Shown: piece after piece, positions 39,579-51,935 of the stretch
Layout: each line of letters starts with the position of its first letter
How positions within the stretch are numbered: position 1 is the stretch's first letter
Assembly (NCBI GenBank): GCA_023231475.1
Contig: JALJEE010002461.1
Location: forward strand, 1-61,741
Direction: 5' to 3'
Length of the DNA stretch: 61,741 nucleotides
Source of the DNA: Seison nebaliae
Lineage: Eukaryota
Position numbers and translations under genes: made by a program
The notes under the pieces: model-generated
The model's database searches: none
What the model was told of the DNA's origin: nothing
What the model saw: only the letters and a program-made list of their open reading frames with translations

Positions 39579-39672
39579 TGACGTCAATTGAGAGAGAATT
39601 AAACGGATTATCTCCCTTGAAACAAATGTGTTGACGTCAATTTCTTATTTGTTCAATTTGAACCAATATAAA
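39579..39672 (+). promoter_or_regulatory. Two full CRE palindromes plus CCAAT/TATA upstream of the second Cys/Pro gene
   Basis: TGACGTCA at 39579-39586 and 39632-39639 (both followed by ATT); CCAATATAAA at 39663-39672, ~90 nt before ATG 39763. Confidence 0.55.
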
Positions 39673-39762
39673 TTACTTCTTGTAGATTGAAAGACTTTAC
39701 TTGGATCGACAATTCAAAATTTCAAAGTTTTTTCCAAAGAAGTCAAATAAAATCATTGAAAA

Positions 39763-40068
39763 ATGATGTCGCCACTTCAATATGCACTTTTGTGTGGTGG
39801 TCCTTTAGGTCCACATCTATTACAACCACCAATGGGCGGAGGAGGTTGCCCACCACCATGTTGTCCACCGCCACCATGCTGTCCACCACCACCATGCTGC
39901 CCACCACCACCACCACCATGTTGTCCTCCTCCACCACCACCACCACCACCACCACCACCACCACCACCACCACCGCCGCCACCATGTTGTATTCCTTGTT
40001 GTCCACCACCACCACCACCGCCACAACATGGTCCACAATGTTGCTGTTGTTGTTGTTGTTGTTGTTAA
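39763..40068 (+). CDS. Small Cys/Pro-rich protein (101 aa) ending in eight Cys
   Basis: (CCPPPP)n repeats, a long polyproline run and CCCCCCCC-stop; paralogous in style to 38581-39258. Confidence 0.85.
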   Translation: MMSPLQYALLCGGPLGPHLLQPPMGGGGCPPPCCPPPPCCPPPPCCPPPPPPCCPPPPPPPPPPPPPPPPPPPPCCIPCCPPPPPPPQHGPQCCCCCCCCC

Positions 40069-40633
40069 GGAATGGTTACCATCAAGAACCAGAATCAAGC
40101 AAGAAATATTCTTCCGATAATTGGAAGAACATTAACAGATTATTATCCGCATTATAATTTTTTTCTTAATTTATTCACAATATTTTTTTTACAATTGGAG
40201 AGAATTTTACGTATCCTCTCCGTTACTTCCCACTAACATAGAATAGTGAATTATTTTCATTCAAACCAGTTACATATGTGTCATACATTTACCAGTTATA
40301 TGATCCCCGACGATTTTTTATCGATTTAGTTTATGAAACACATTTTACATTTCGACCAAAATCTTCTACTCTCAATCTCCGACAATTTAGGCCGAATTGT
40401 TAGCAGTACTCCGCTTTATTTAACATCTAGAGTAGAATTTATTCGATTTCAAAGAAATAATTTAAGATTCATATCTTTTTCTAAATTGAAATGTTCAAAT
40501 AAACTTTCCCATTTCATTTCCTTATTATCCTCTCCTTCCATGGTCGTCAATTATATGAGTTCCCTAAGTAAACAATCAACACATTGACTTGTCAATTCCA
40601 TCAAATTAAATTACTTTTTCTTCAATGTGAGAT

Positions 40634-41551
40634 ATGGGAGATTGTCTAACTCCAAATGAGAAGTTATTGATATCCGATCAGTTGTCTGATGAGGAGAAGA
40701 TACTTTGTTTTTCTGTTTGTCGTTTGTTCAATTCATCAACATCTTCAAATAAATGGAAGAAACCTAATGTTGGTGTCCTTACCCTTATCCGCCACACATC
40801 CATCAACATACTTACTTATTACATTTACTTCTTCTCCACTGACTTATCAATCAAATTGAAACAAGAAGTTTATTATCCATTCACCTTTTCAACATATTCA
40901 AATAACTTTTGTCAATTCTTTTCCGATACGAATACTGTTGGCATTCAATTCCACTGCAATGATGAATCAAAAATCTTCTCCCGATTTGTCGATCGAATTT
41001 CTCGTCATCGGGATATGAATAATAACAAATTTCTAACAACGACTCGTCGATCAAAAACCATTTCCACTCAACGTTCATCACTTTTCGATGACAGAATTAC
41101 GACAAATGAGAGAATATTATCACGAGATTCTCTATATCATTCCGTCAGAAAGAAACTCCAAAGAAGATCGTCAACTCTCCAACTGGAAATTCGAAATATT
41201 ATGAATCTGACTCCACCAGAAGAAGATGAGAAGAAGACGAGGCGAAAGTCCAAAATTAACAAATCTGATATTCAGTCAATGATTCTTGATGAAGAAAAAA
41301 CTGACAATATTCTAAAAGGTCGAACATATCATGATATTAATTCTCGCGAGATGACCAGACCAGCAACATTGCCTCGTAGAATGAGTGTGGTGGAAGAAGT
41401 TGCATCAAAAGAATTGGCAAAGAAAACACGTCCACTTTTCCTCAATCAACGACTGGAAAAGAAATTAATGGCCGCCCATAACAATTATGCATTAGAAGGT
41501 CATGACGATGATTGGAGTGATGATGACGAAAGTTATGGGAAATTGATATAA
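40634..41551 (+). CDS. WASP-family-like protein (WH1 domain, basic region, acidic Trp tail), intronless
   Basis: WH1-like SVCRLF...KWKK.NVGVL...QEVYYPFTF....FCQFFSD..VGIQF..DE...F; KSKINKSDI resembles the pre-CRIB KxDI motif; C-terminal DDDWSDDDE. Confidence 0.75.
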   Translation: MGDCLTPNEKLLISDQLSDEEKILCFSVCRLFNSSTSSNKWKKPNVGVLTLIRHTSINILTYYIYFFSTDLSIKLKQEVYYPFTFSTYSNNFCQFFSDTNTVGIQFHCNDESKIFSRFVDRISRHRDMNNNKFLTTTRRSKTISTQRSSLFDDRITTNERILSRDSLYHSVRKKLQRRSSTLQLEIRNIMNLTPPEEDEKKTRRKSKINKSDIQSMILDEEKTDNILKGRTYHDINSREMTRPATLPRRMSVVEEVASKELAKKTRPLFLNQRLEKKLMAAHNNYALEGHDDDWSDDDESYGKLI

Positions 41552-42102
41552 ATTTACAAAAATAAAGAAGAAAAAATATTTTTAAAATAATAATTTTTCA
41601 TTTAAAGATGAAATTTTCAGTTTTTAAAAAATTATTCAAAATACTTTCCAAACGATTCGTGGAAATGAAGACGAAAGAGAATTAGATCCATAACATGATA
41701 GAAAATACCACCAACTATTCAGAATTTTTTTCATGAAAATAAAAGTTTTAAGGTGCTAGTAATAAAAAGAACATCGGAGTAATGATAAGAGAGAGAAAAT
41801 TAAAGAATAATCTTGCAGATCTCGAAGCTATTAAAATGTGAGGGTAAATAATGGAAAAATGAATTTGGAGGAAATGAATTAAGAGAAAAGAAAAGACAAC
41901 TCTTTTTCTTCCAACAGAACTGAAGATAAATGATAATAAAATAAATAAAGAATAAAGATAGTCAGATATTTTGATGAAATTTATTGTTGTGATGATTGCA
42001 AAGCAACGTGTAGAGAATTTTCAGAAAATTTTAGAAGTTTCATTTTTTTTCGAGTAATCAATGAAGAATCTTCTCGAACACCACAAGAAAATATTTAACC
42101 AT

Positions 42103-44530
42103 TTACGCTGTTTTAACTCCCATTGATTTTTGGATGATTGCTGGCATTTTTTCGATCGATCTATTCAGACAATTTCTCAATTAATTTAATGGGAGAATTT
42201 TAAAGTTAAACTTTGATTTGACATCATTGATTTTATCACCAACTTGTTTGATGCTTGAATCAATTTGTGATTGGTACATTTCATACGTTTTCGGTATAGT
42301 GAATGCAGCGATGACAACTGACAAGTTAAATTAGAAGAATTTTAAAAAAATTTAAATTTGTACCGAGAGCAATTAGAGTTGAGCCACTGAACCATTTGGC
42401 GATGAAGAGTGAGAGATAACAAATAATCATTACCTAAAAAATATGAGGAATATGATATGGAATGATGAGAATTCAAATCGAACTTTTACCGAAGTCCAAA
42501 TATCTTCGACGAGGAAGATCTTTCTAATTTTCTTGACAACTTTCAAGAAAACTTCGTGAAGTCGATCGAAATTCTCTTTCCATTCAGAATCAGACATCAG
42601 GAAATCTTGATGCATAATATGTCTGATATTGTGAGAAGGAAATTGAAGGAGAGAACTTTGATGAAAGAAGTTACCTGTATGGATGTTCCTGTGTTTGATT
42701 ATTATTGAAGACTTGGAACATGAGTTTGAAAGTGACATACGATACATTTAATCCCAAAACGACCAATGCGATTGTAGCGAATAAAGTGATTGAAGAGAAG
42801 TAATTGAAAGAGAGGAGTGTGAGCAGAGTAACAGCTAATACTGATCCACTCTTAATTGGATCTTTCCATTTGAAAATATCTGAAACTGGATGACGTGATA
42901 AAAGATAAAAAGATAATTCATAAAATCAATCAATTGTTAGAGGAGGAGAAGAAGAAGAATAAAAACCGCAATCGGGCACTTTTCCATCGGGGAACAATTG
43001 GCCTTGAAGTGATAAATTGAATAATTAGAGTGAAAATTTAAATAGTTTAATAAAATAGTTTAAAACTCTGGTAGTGCATTTGAAAAAGAATATATTTTCT
43101 TAAGTTTATTAATTTATCAATCTTTTCTGTTTTCTTCTACTCACTCATATCACAAATCGTTCACTTTACTATCATTGGAAATTACATTATTTCCATTCCA
43201 CTATTAACTATTGATATAGAGATCGATTCCATCATATGTGTTCGAACTCTCTTCTCTTCTCTTAGATACAATCAAGGAGTTACTCGTGCATTACATCCTA
43301 TTCACATGCATCTCATCAAACATTGCTCTTTATTCATTCGAAGTGCATTCCCTCTTCTATCATTCTCACTAACAATTCAAAAAATATTCTTATTCTACAT
43401 TCCTTACTCTCCAATTAAATTGGAATTAATTAGAGAATAATCTTCTTGTAACCACAACGCAATCTCATGCCGATTATTAATTCCCTCACTTATTCATAGC
43501 AATTGAATAAATTATTTGAAGGTTTTTTTTTGATAATAAAAATTTTTTTCGCTAACCAAACGATTCAAAGCAAGCATAACACGAATTCGTATTTTCTGTC
43601 CAAGTGAAGATTTAAAATAGTGACGTAAACCACAAAACAATTGATCGGGATGAAAATTAATGTGCAAATGGAAGATGGAACCCAAAAAAAAAAGGAAAAA
43701 TTAGACACAAAGAATTTGATGAATAAAACAATCCGAAGATGATACTACTTACTTTTCGTGTTTTCTACCATATCACCGATATTCTCCGACACCTTATCAG
43801 TTATTTCACTTATGATATTATTAGAAGTGTCTCCCACTTTCTCCAACATTTCACCCATGTTGTTCTCTAATTTCCGCGTTGTGTCATTGATTTGATCCAT
43901 TGTTTCACTTTTTGATTCTATTGTTTGACGAATTTTATCTGATAGGAAAAAGAGAAAAAGTAAAAATAATAATTTTGACCGATATATATATTTCTCCGAC
44001 AATAGCAACATGATCACAATAGCGAACTAGATGGAGAATTGGTGAGAATGGACAAACTGAAAGAAATTTAATGGAAATCTTTTTTAAAAAATCTCTTGAC
44101 TCTTGAGAAAAATGAAATAATAAATTTTACCTTCAATTGTTTCATTCTTCTTCTCTTCTTCTTCTTCTTCTTTAGATTCTACGGAAAGTGAAGACGGTGC
44201 TTCACCGTCAGACATATTAAACTTTCCTGAATTGACTGCATCGTCAACATTTTGTTCCTCTGAAATTTGCTCTGATCTACTTACCGTATCATCGGCAGGA
44301 TTAACTGCTTTTTCTTCTACTTGACTGATCTTTTCCTTTTTCGCTTCTTCTTCTTCTTCTTTATCTTCTTCTGATATTACGCCTGACACTATCGTCTTAT
44401 CTTGCAAACTATCATTCCTTGGCAAAGATAGATCTGTTCCATTGTCGTCAATGGCCAGTGTTATATCCGGTTTCTTAACCGCTGTCCATTCATTTTCCGA
44501 CAACGTCTGCTCCATATTTTCTTCACTCAT
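42103..44530 (-). CDS. Reticulon (8 exons; acidic N-terminal extension plus reticulon homology domain)
   Basis: Spliced product ...VPDCVSDIFKWKDPIKSGSVL...EHPYRH...RKIFLVEDIWTSVK...WFSGSTL...AFTIPKTYEMYQSQIDS..., all RHD hallmarks. Confidence 0.9.
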
Positions 44531-45857
44531 TCTGACAGGAAAGTTACTTAGGGAGGACAAGTAAATTGAGAAACTTGTGATAAATTTGTATGTTGTGAAC
44601 GGAAGAAAGATTCTTCTCTTCTTGTCGAATTGTAAAGAATAAATAGAAGAATGTTCGATTATTTCTATTAAACAGAAGTCAAAGGCTAAAGTTTCTTGGC
44701 GAATGAGCGTTAAAAGATCAGTTTGCTTCAGATAGTAAAAAGAACAAAAGAAAATTTCCTGTACGTTTCCAAATTACATAACTGCTTTCCTAATCACTTC
44801 CAATTGACGAACATACGAAGAATTTTCACACATATTTTTCAAATTAAGATTATTCGACTAGAAAATTAAGTTGAAGTAAAGAACATGTCGAAAGAAAAAA
44901 ATCAGTTATTTTAATGAGTTAATTCATTCGACCCAAATGTGGATGAGTCAATTCATTGGCACATATATCTACACTTGAAAAAGATGTTAAAGAAATTCCA
45001 ATTCCTAATTAAAAACCTAGCCTCCAATTTCCGGAACAAGAGATTGACTATAGGTCAAATATTTTACATTTCTTCTAGAAACATATTTGCACGTTCTATA
45101 TACATACATACCAATATAAACAAAAAATGTTAATTCTCCATAATGAATCATTAATATTTTCGAATTAACAAACACTCAGCTATTCAGTTCTAATGCGATA
45201 CGTCAAGTTGATACATGTAAATATTCGTTGTTCTTATTTCACAAAATTTCACTTTCAACTCTCTACTATCCATCGTCACTTATTAATTTTGACTTTCTCC
45301 CTTTCATCAAATAATTGTAGTTGGGGGAGAATTTGGATACTTTCCCATTTGTTCGACAAGAAATTAATTTTAGTTACAACTACTACTTCATCAGAGAAGA
45401 GATACATTAGGAAGAAAAAATAAACATCAAATTTGAATATGGACATCCAGCGCTCGACCATATGGTGATACGAATTATAATAGCGCATCATGTGTATCGG
45501 AGAGAACGATTCATTTGTGACGAAAGGAAGAGAGAAAATCTTAATTTGCATTTATTTATCGATCTTTCTTACACAAATGTAAATTCAGTTCGGCAATAAC
45601 ACGATGGAACATAAAAACTATAATTACAGTGTATCTGATGCGACCATCTATTATTCATCTTTCCAAACCTCTAAATCATTTCCTCACAATCAACTAATAC
45701 ATATGATATGATCGAACTTAGTTGAACGGTTCTTAAGAAATAAATAATTTAAAATTATAAATTTTTAATTTAAGCTTATTAAAAATCTTTGAATTTTAAT
45801 ACTCAATGATGAGATATCAGTCGATGCTATATATCAAAATTGCATGTTAATAGTAGA

Positions 45858-47293
45858 ATGAATGCTGATAAGGATTGTAATATCGTTCCCAATATCCGGA
45901 ATGATATTAGTATTCGAGATACTGTCACTGATACTGTGACAGATATGTCGTTAAACGACAATGGGTCGAGAGTGGCCGTGATTGATTGCAAAGGAAAAAT
46001 TCTTGTGTATTCAGTGACACTTTCAAATCCGAAAATGTGGCAATTACAGAAACATAATATTATCGACTCAAAGCAAGTGAATAACGGTGCTTGGCGATTG
46101 GTTTGGGCTCCGTCGTCATTCGGGGAAATTATTTGTGTATGGAGTCCATACGAATCTCAAATTCATCTGTTCAAACTATGTGTATTGAATTCGGAACGAC
46201 AATGGAGACAATTCTACGAATTTGAATCACAATCTGAATCGGTTTATTATACTGACATCAAATTCTTTCCGCATCAAGTTTCGAAGAAATTGAAATTGAT
46301 GTTATGTCGAGATGATGGCGTAATTGAAGAGCGACAACATTTCATCGACAAACGGACATGTTCCTTCAACATCATTCAACGAATTGATCTCAAGAAATAT
46401 TTCGTTGATTTCGATTCAGGTATCAAGTTGAAATATCACATCTCTTTCAGTTCCTCTTCATTCTCATCAACTCTGATGATAGTCGGTATCGAATCACCTT
46501 CCATCCATTTGGAGAGTGATAGTTCAACTCTCGTATTCGCACATGTCCCGATCAACTCACAACATCATGAGACGAATATTCAAAAAGAAAATGACGAGGA
46601 CGAAGAACAATTGTCATTTGAACGAGAAGAAAATTCGTCGGAAGTGGAAGAACGATGGTGTATGTGGTCGAGACATCGGTTTGTCGATTCTACTTTCAAC
46701 TTCATCAAGAACAAATCAGAATTACATGGCGCAGATGAATTATTTTTGAATTGTCTAAAATCCAATGTCAATTCCATCACGATAGCACCATGTTTAGCTC
46801 GATCTTATCATATTTGTGCGATCGGATCCCGACGTTTATACATTTTCGCGTTAAAACCAATAATTCCCAAAAATGTCATCATCAAAGAAAATCAACCTAA
46901 CCTCACTACCGAGTTAATCTATTAATTGATAGAAAGTTTTATTAATTAAAATTTTTTTTTAATTTTTAAGTAAATTCTATTCGGGTGTTTGTGATTATGA
47001 AATTTACAATTTGGGAGTATTCTCTTCTCAGAACGATCAACCAATTTTCCAGATGAATTGGGATCTCACCGGAAATGTTCTGGCAACATCGAGTCAAGAC
47101 GGAAATGTACAAACGTGGAAAGGTTTTCAGTCATGTCTCTCATTCAAATTGATTTCTCGTTAAAGCAAATCATTTGAATAAATTTATGCCAGGGAAAAAA
47201 ATCAAATCAAAGAACTTGATCAATCGATTCGAATTAATGTCGTGCGATGTACAACCTACGATGAATTTATCGACGTTCACACAGGAATCATAA
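45858..47293 (+). CDS. SEH1L: Nucleoporin SEH1-like WD40 protein (3 exons)
   Basis: GAWRLVWAPSSFG, TDIKFFP, IAPCLARSYHICAI, and after splicing WDLTGNVLATSSQDGNVQTWKANHLNKF (cf. SEH1 [24 protein letters not shown]). Confidence 0.85.
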
Positions 47294-48124
47294 TTCCTTT
47301 ATTGAATAATAAGAAGAATTGTGAAGCAAGTTTATAAAAAGAACATCATTTCATGTTGACAAATTTCTGATTTGTTATATTATCTTCAATCGTTTTTATT
47401 TCCATTTCATTCGTGTTATGAGACCATCTGTCAAAAAGAAAAATAAAACACCGAATTAACACAATAAAATTGAAACGGATTGACAATTTCATTGGGAAGA
47501 GATTGAGAAAACAAGCAATATGAAATTTATCATCGTTCCAATCCAAAAACAAATTCGAGACTTGTCAATAGAACTACAAATTTCAATTACAATGTTTCTA
47601 CTACACAATATATGTCCAATTAAATTGTCTGATTAATTTTCATTGACATGTTTTTGGAGAAATCGAGAGATTATGTGTAGAAACAATTATTGAACTTTGG
47701 ATTTTTTTCGATAAATTAATTATTAACAAACGAATTAATATTATTATTATTGTTATTATTATTATTATAAGAAAGATTAATTGGCAGAATTAAAATGAGG
47801 AAAATATTTTTAGAAAAATTTTTTGTGTTGTTATTGAGAACAGGAGGAGGGGGGTCTTTGGAGGAAGATAAGATGAAAAAACATTTCGTAAAAATTTTGA
47901 TATGAAATCTCAATTATTTTCCTATCAATTCTAAAATTTCAATAGATTTCTCCCAATTCAAATTTGGAAAGAGGAGTGAAATTGAAGAAATGATTGGAAA
48001 GCAATCATTAATGACAACTGTCTAGTCTTAGTCGATCTTACAAGTAGTCTTCGTTAGTAGTCGTACATTCAACCTCACAATTTCAGCAAATAGCAACACT
48101 GTTTTATTAAGCGGAAGAGAAGAA

Positions 48125-48430
48125 TTATGAAGATTTTTGTAATTCACTTCTGAGTTTTACCGTTTCCATATAGATTCGTTTAAATTCTTGAAGATCGATC
48201 TTGTTATTACCGTCGATATCAGCCATTTGAATCATCGATTCGATTTCTTCGTCGCTGAAATTACAACCGATTTCTCGATAAGCATTCTTCAATTCCGATT
48301 GATCGATTTTCCCCGAATTGTCTCGATCGAAGAACTTGAAGACTTGTAGAATCTTCTCGTCATCAACTCGGTCCCATTCTTTGTCGATTTTGCCAGTGGT
48401 TGGCTTCTTCTTGCTCAAACATTTCCCCAT
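48125..48430 (-). CDS. Two-EF-hand calmodulin-like protein with N-myristoylation/palmitoylation motif
   Basis: EF loops DRDNSGKIDQSE and DIDGNNKIDLQE; N-terminus MGKCLSKKK. Confidence 0.9.
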   Translation of the reverse strand: MGKCLSKKKPTTGKIDKEWDRVDDEKILQVFKFFDRDNSGKIDQSELKNAYREIGCNFSDEEIESMIQMADIDGNNKIDLQEFKRIYMETVKLRSELQKSS

Positions 48431-50517
48431 TATTTGGAAAGTAACAGTTAAATTATCCTTTCCCGCTCGGCTATTCTACTTATCTAGAACAGAAAATTAA
48501 ATTTATCGATATTTATTCTACATTTAACATATTAGGATTTCGTTTAATACGTATAACGGTTCTTCGAAATTTCATCAATTCTTATTTTTAGAAGATGCTG
48601 GTAAAGACACTAATTAAAAATATTTGTAAATTGAAGCGAATAATGCATGAAAATAGAAATCAATATTGAGTGGGCGGGTTGTGTAAAAATTGTGCTCCAA
48701 TCATATAACAATTGTTTAAGCATTTCGACTACTACATAAGGAAGAAGAGATACCTTCGACTTTAATCATTCTAATAAATTATCGTCGAAAATTTTAGAAA
48801 ATCATCGAAATTTATGATTTAATTGACTTGTGAATATGAATTATGGAATATTATTAGACGATAGTTATTCGACCATATTAAAAAGTTTTGGACAGTTTCT
48901 TTTATTAAGATTTGTTATTACTATAATTTGTACATTTCTATATTATTAAAATGATGGATCATCATTCTCATTGGATTGATGATCCGAATAATAGATGGTA
49001 TTCATCTGTTCTTCAACGAAGTTGTTGAACGTTAAAACTTCGTCAAATTTTACTGACTTCCATCTGCTTTTCTCTTTCGCTCTTTCCCAATGTGCTTCCC
49101 TCGACTTCTTAACTTTTTCATCCAACTCTTAATCGTCCATTATCATGAAAATGGTTATGAATATTATTTGTATTATTATCGTTTCTCTTCTTATTACATC
49201 ATAATGACCTTCGTTCTTCAACTATTGCCTCTTTAGCTTCTTCATCATCGTTTATTGAAAAGGAGGAAAACAGTGGAGAACATAATGCGCCACCAGTCAA
49301 TATGAGAATATTAATAATAAGAATTTACACAAATCATTTCCGATGATAGTGTATGCGAACATCACCAGTTTCCGAGGAGATGACATAATTGATTAATGAA
49401 CCTTTATCACTTAGAAAGAAAAGTGATATAAAATATTTGCTAAATACTCATTAATTGCAAGAAATTGTCAGACTCACATACGTCTCATCAATTTCATTAT
49501 TAGATAACTTATTGGACAAAATAACACATAATCAGATCGACTGTGAAATCATTTCTCCCAACTTATTGTACAATGTGCTTAAAAGAAGCATTGAAAATAT
49601 TATTTTTATTTTTTAAATATTCTGAAGTCGAAATTCTGTTTTTCTTATTTGGAAATAATGTAACATTATTTCGGAAATGGAACATCTTTTTTCTTCTCAA
49701 TATCAGATTTTACTAATCCTTAGACTATAGAAATCAAATTTTTTAGCATATATGAAATGTTCCCGTAAAATAGAATAATAGAAAAAGAAGATGATCTTCT
49801 TTGGGTATTACATCATTTTAGGATAACTATAAAAAGTTATTCCCAATCACATTAATGGATTCCAATTAGACGGTAGCGTAAAAGACAAGATGATAAGAGA
49901 TTATTATGGAATTAGATGAAGGAAAATTTCCCCAATTCCTTAAAAGAATTCTTATAATTATCGGGAATATGTACTGTCAAGAATGTTTTAGTTGACTTTT
50001 GATAATTTCTTATTTCATGATTTTTGAAAATATGGTAATTACGGTATCAGTTCTGACGAATCATTATAAATTCAGATTATATTGATTCATGAAAAAAATG
50101 AAGAACGCGTTTAGGTTTCATTGTAAGAATGAAGTCGTTTGGAAATCTAGACGTTTTGATGGAAACGGTAGGGAAAATTATTGATTAACTACGAATATTT
50201 CATAATAAAACTAAATGGGATAATCGTCCTCATCGAGGAGTGAGAAGATAGCAGATGTAAGAAACTAAACCAGTTCATTTATGCTTTTTCAGATATCTCT
50301 TTCTTTTTCATCCGTCAATCATTCACATTTACTTTCGGATTTTTTTCATCGTATTACTTCGTTTCCTTGTGGAGGTATTGTATCTGGGTAATGATAATGA
50401 TTCCATATGCGATGAGAAGGAAACATTCAAGTCCGGATAGATAATAAAGGATGCGTCATTTCTCTATTCATACAATCGAGTATTCGATAAGGGAAGTTCT
50501 ATACATAAAAATACGTC

Positions 50518-50550
<33 letters not shown>

Positions 50551-50564
50551 TTGTGTATATATAT
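50518..50564. repeat. (TA)n microsatellite
   Basis: Run of about 10 TA units at 50532-50551 with imperfect flanks. Confidence 0.8.
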
Positions 50565-51935
50565 TCGATTCGACGGTTACCATAAGTAATCACTTTCATA
50601 GAATTATCGGACGAAATTTCTTACAACTGTTCGAATAAAGGAATTGTTTGAAAGTAATAAAATAGGTTAGATATGTGCATGTGGGTATCATATACAGACA
50701 TCCTCCCTTCCCGTCTGATGCGTAAGAGTTAAAAAAGACTATTATGTAGTATTATGATGATGATGATAATAATGGTGAAAGAATAACAAATGATCTTATC
50801 AATTGTTTACCGAATATTTTAGTCAATTTATCAATCTTTCTCCTCGACACAATGAATCATTTCAGACCATTCTTATTAGAAATAATAAACATAAATTTCC
50901 CTATGAACATCAGAAGAGAGTTGTTTGAAGCAGCGAGAAAATAGAAGAAAGTGCAACTAAAATTAGTTCGAATAAAAAGTATGACATAAAAGATGAACTG
51001 CTTATGAAATCTTCTTTCAAATAACGAACTCTTCATGTTCGAATGTAGAAACATCGAATAGGAAAACATTCTATCAGTGAAGTAGTATCAGAAGAATTTA
51101 TCCTATCAATCCACTAGAAAAGTACATGGTTGTGTGATGGACACACTATAGTCAAATCAAGTATTTATTCAATTTATGCATAGTTCCTCATATAATGTGC
51201 TCCTCTATATTTCATTCGGTAGGATGGCAAGCAATTGTAACTATTGAATGATAAAATAATTTAACTGATGAACGCACATGTTTCCCAATCACTTTAATAA
51301 TAAATTTGGAAGAAAATAATTATGAAAACAAATTGGGATTTGTTATGCTCAATTAGAATTTTCTTAAGGAAACATTCGTACGTAGATCTTGGTAGACAGC
51401 ACTCTTCTTCACCATGACGCTATTATATGGTACTATAATATTTCTATCTGTTTCTACTTTAATTCATTCTCTTTCTTCCACTTTCGAATTCGAAACTTAA
51501 CTTCATTTCCCCATTTAATTTATCGTATGTCTGTCAATCTGAATCGTTAAAAAATCGTTAGATTTATGTTAGTTCATCGATAAATTTGCTTACTGTAATT
51601 TCTTTTAAAAATAAACTGATTGAAATTTAATCCATAAGAAAACAATTTAATATCATATCCTTTTTAACCTCATAGTACAAATAATAATCATAATTAACAA
51701 TTTTTAAGTTTAAACATTTTTTGGTACACATAGTCAAGTTATTTAGCTTCTCTTAAATTCTACGAATTTTCAACAATTTAAATTGTTGGTAACCGGAGAG
51801 ATTGTAACCTTATATAAATTTTTTTAGTAGATAATTTTCAATATCTTCTTAGGACAGTTCTCAGATACTATTAGATTCACCCCAAATTACTTTGCCCCCC
51901 CCCCAAAAAAAAAAATTGAAGAGAAAAATGAGATT

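Noticed and set aside
38581..40068. Cnidarian minicollagens
   Set aside because: No Gly-X-Y domain, no signal peptide or propeptide, and no CxxxCxxxCxxxCxxxCC pattern.
38677..40157. Overlapping His-, Trp-, Thr- or Val-rich ORFs
   Set aside because: These are shadow frames of the low-complexity Cys/Pro coding repeats.
44900..45720. Additional small multi-exon gene between reticulon and SEH1
   Set aside because: Short ORFs and GT..AG segments exist, but I could not assemble a consistent or recognisable product.
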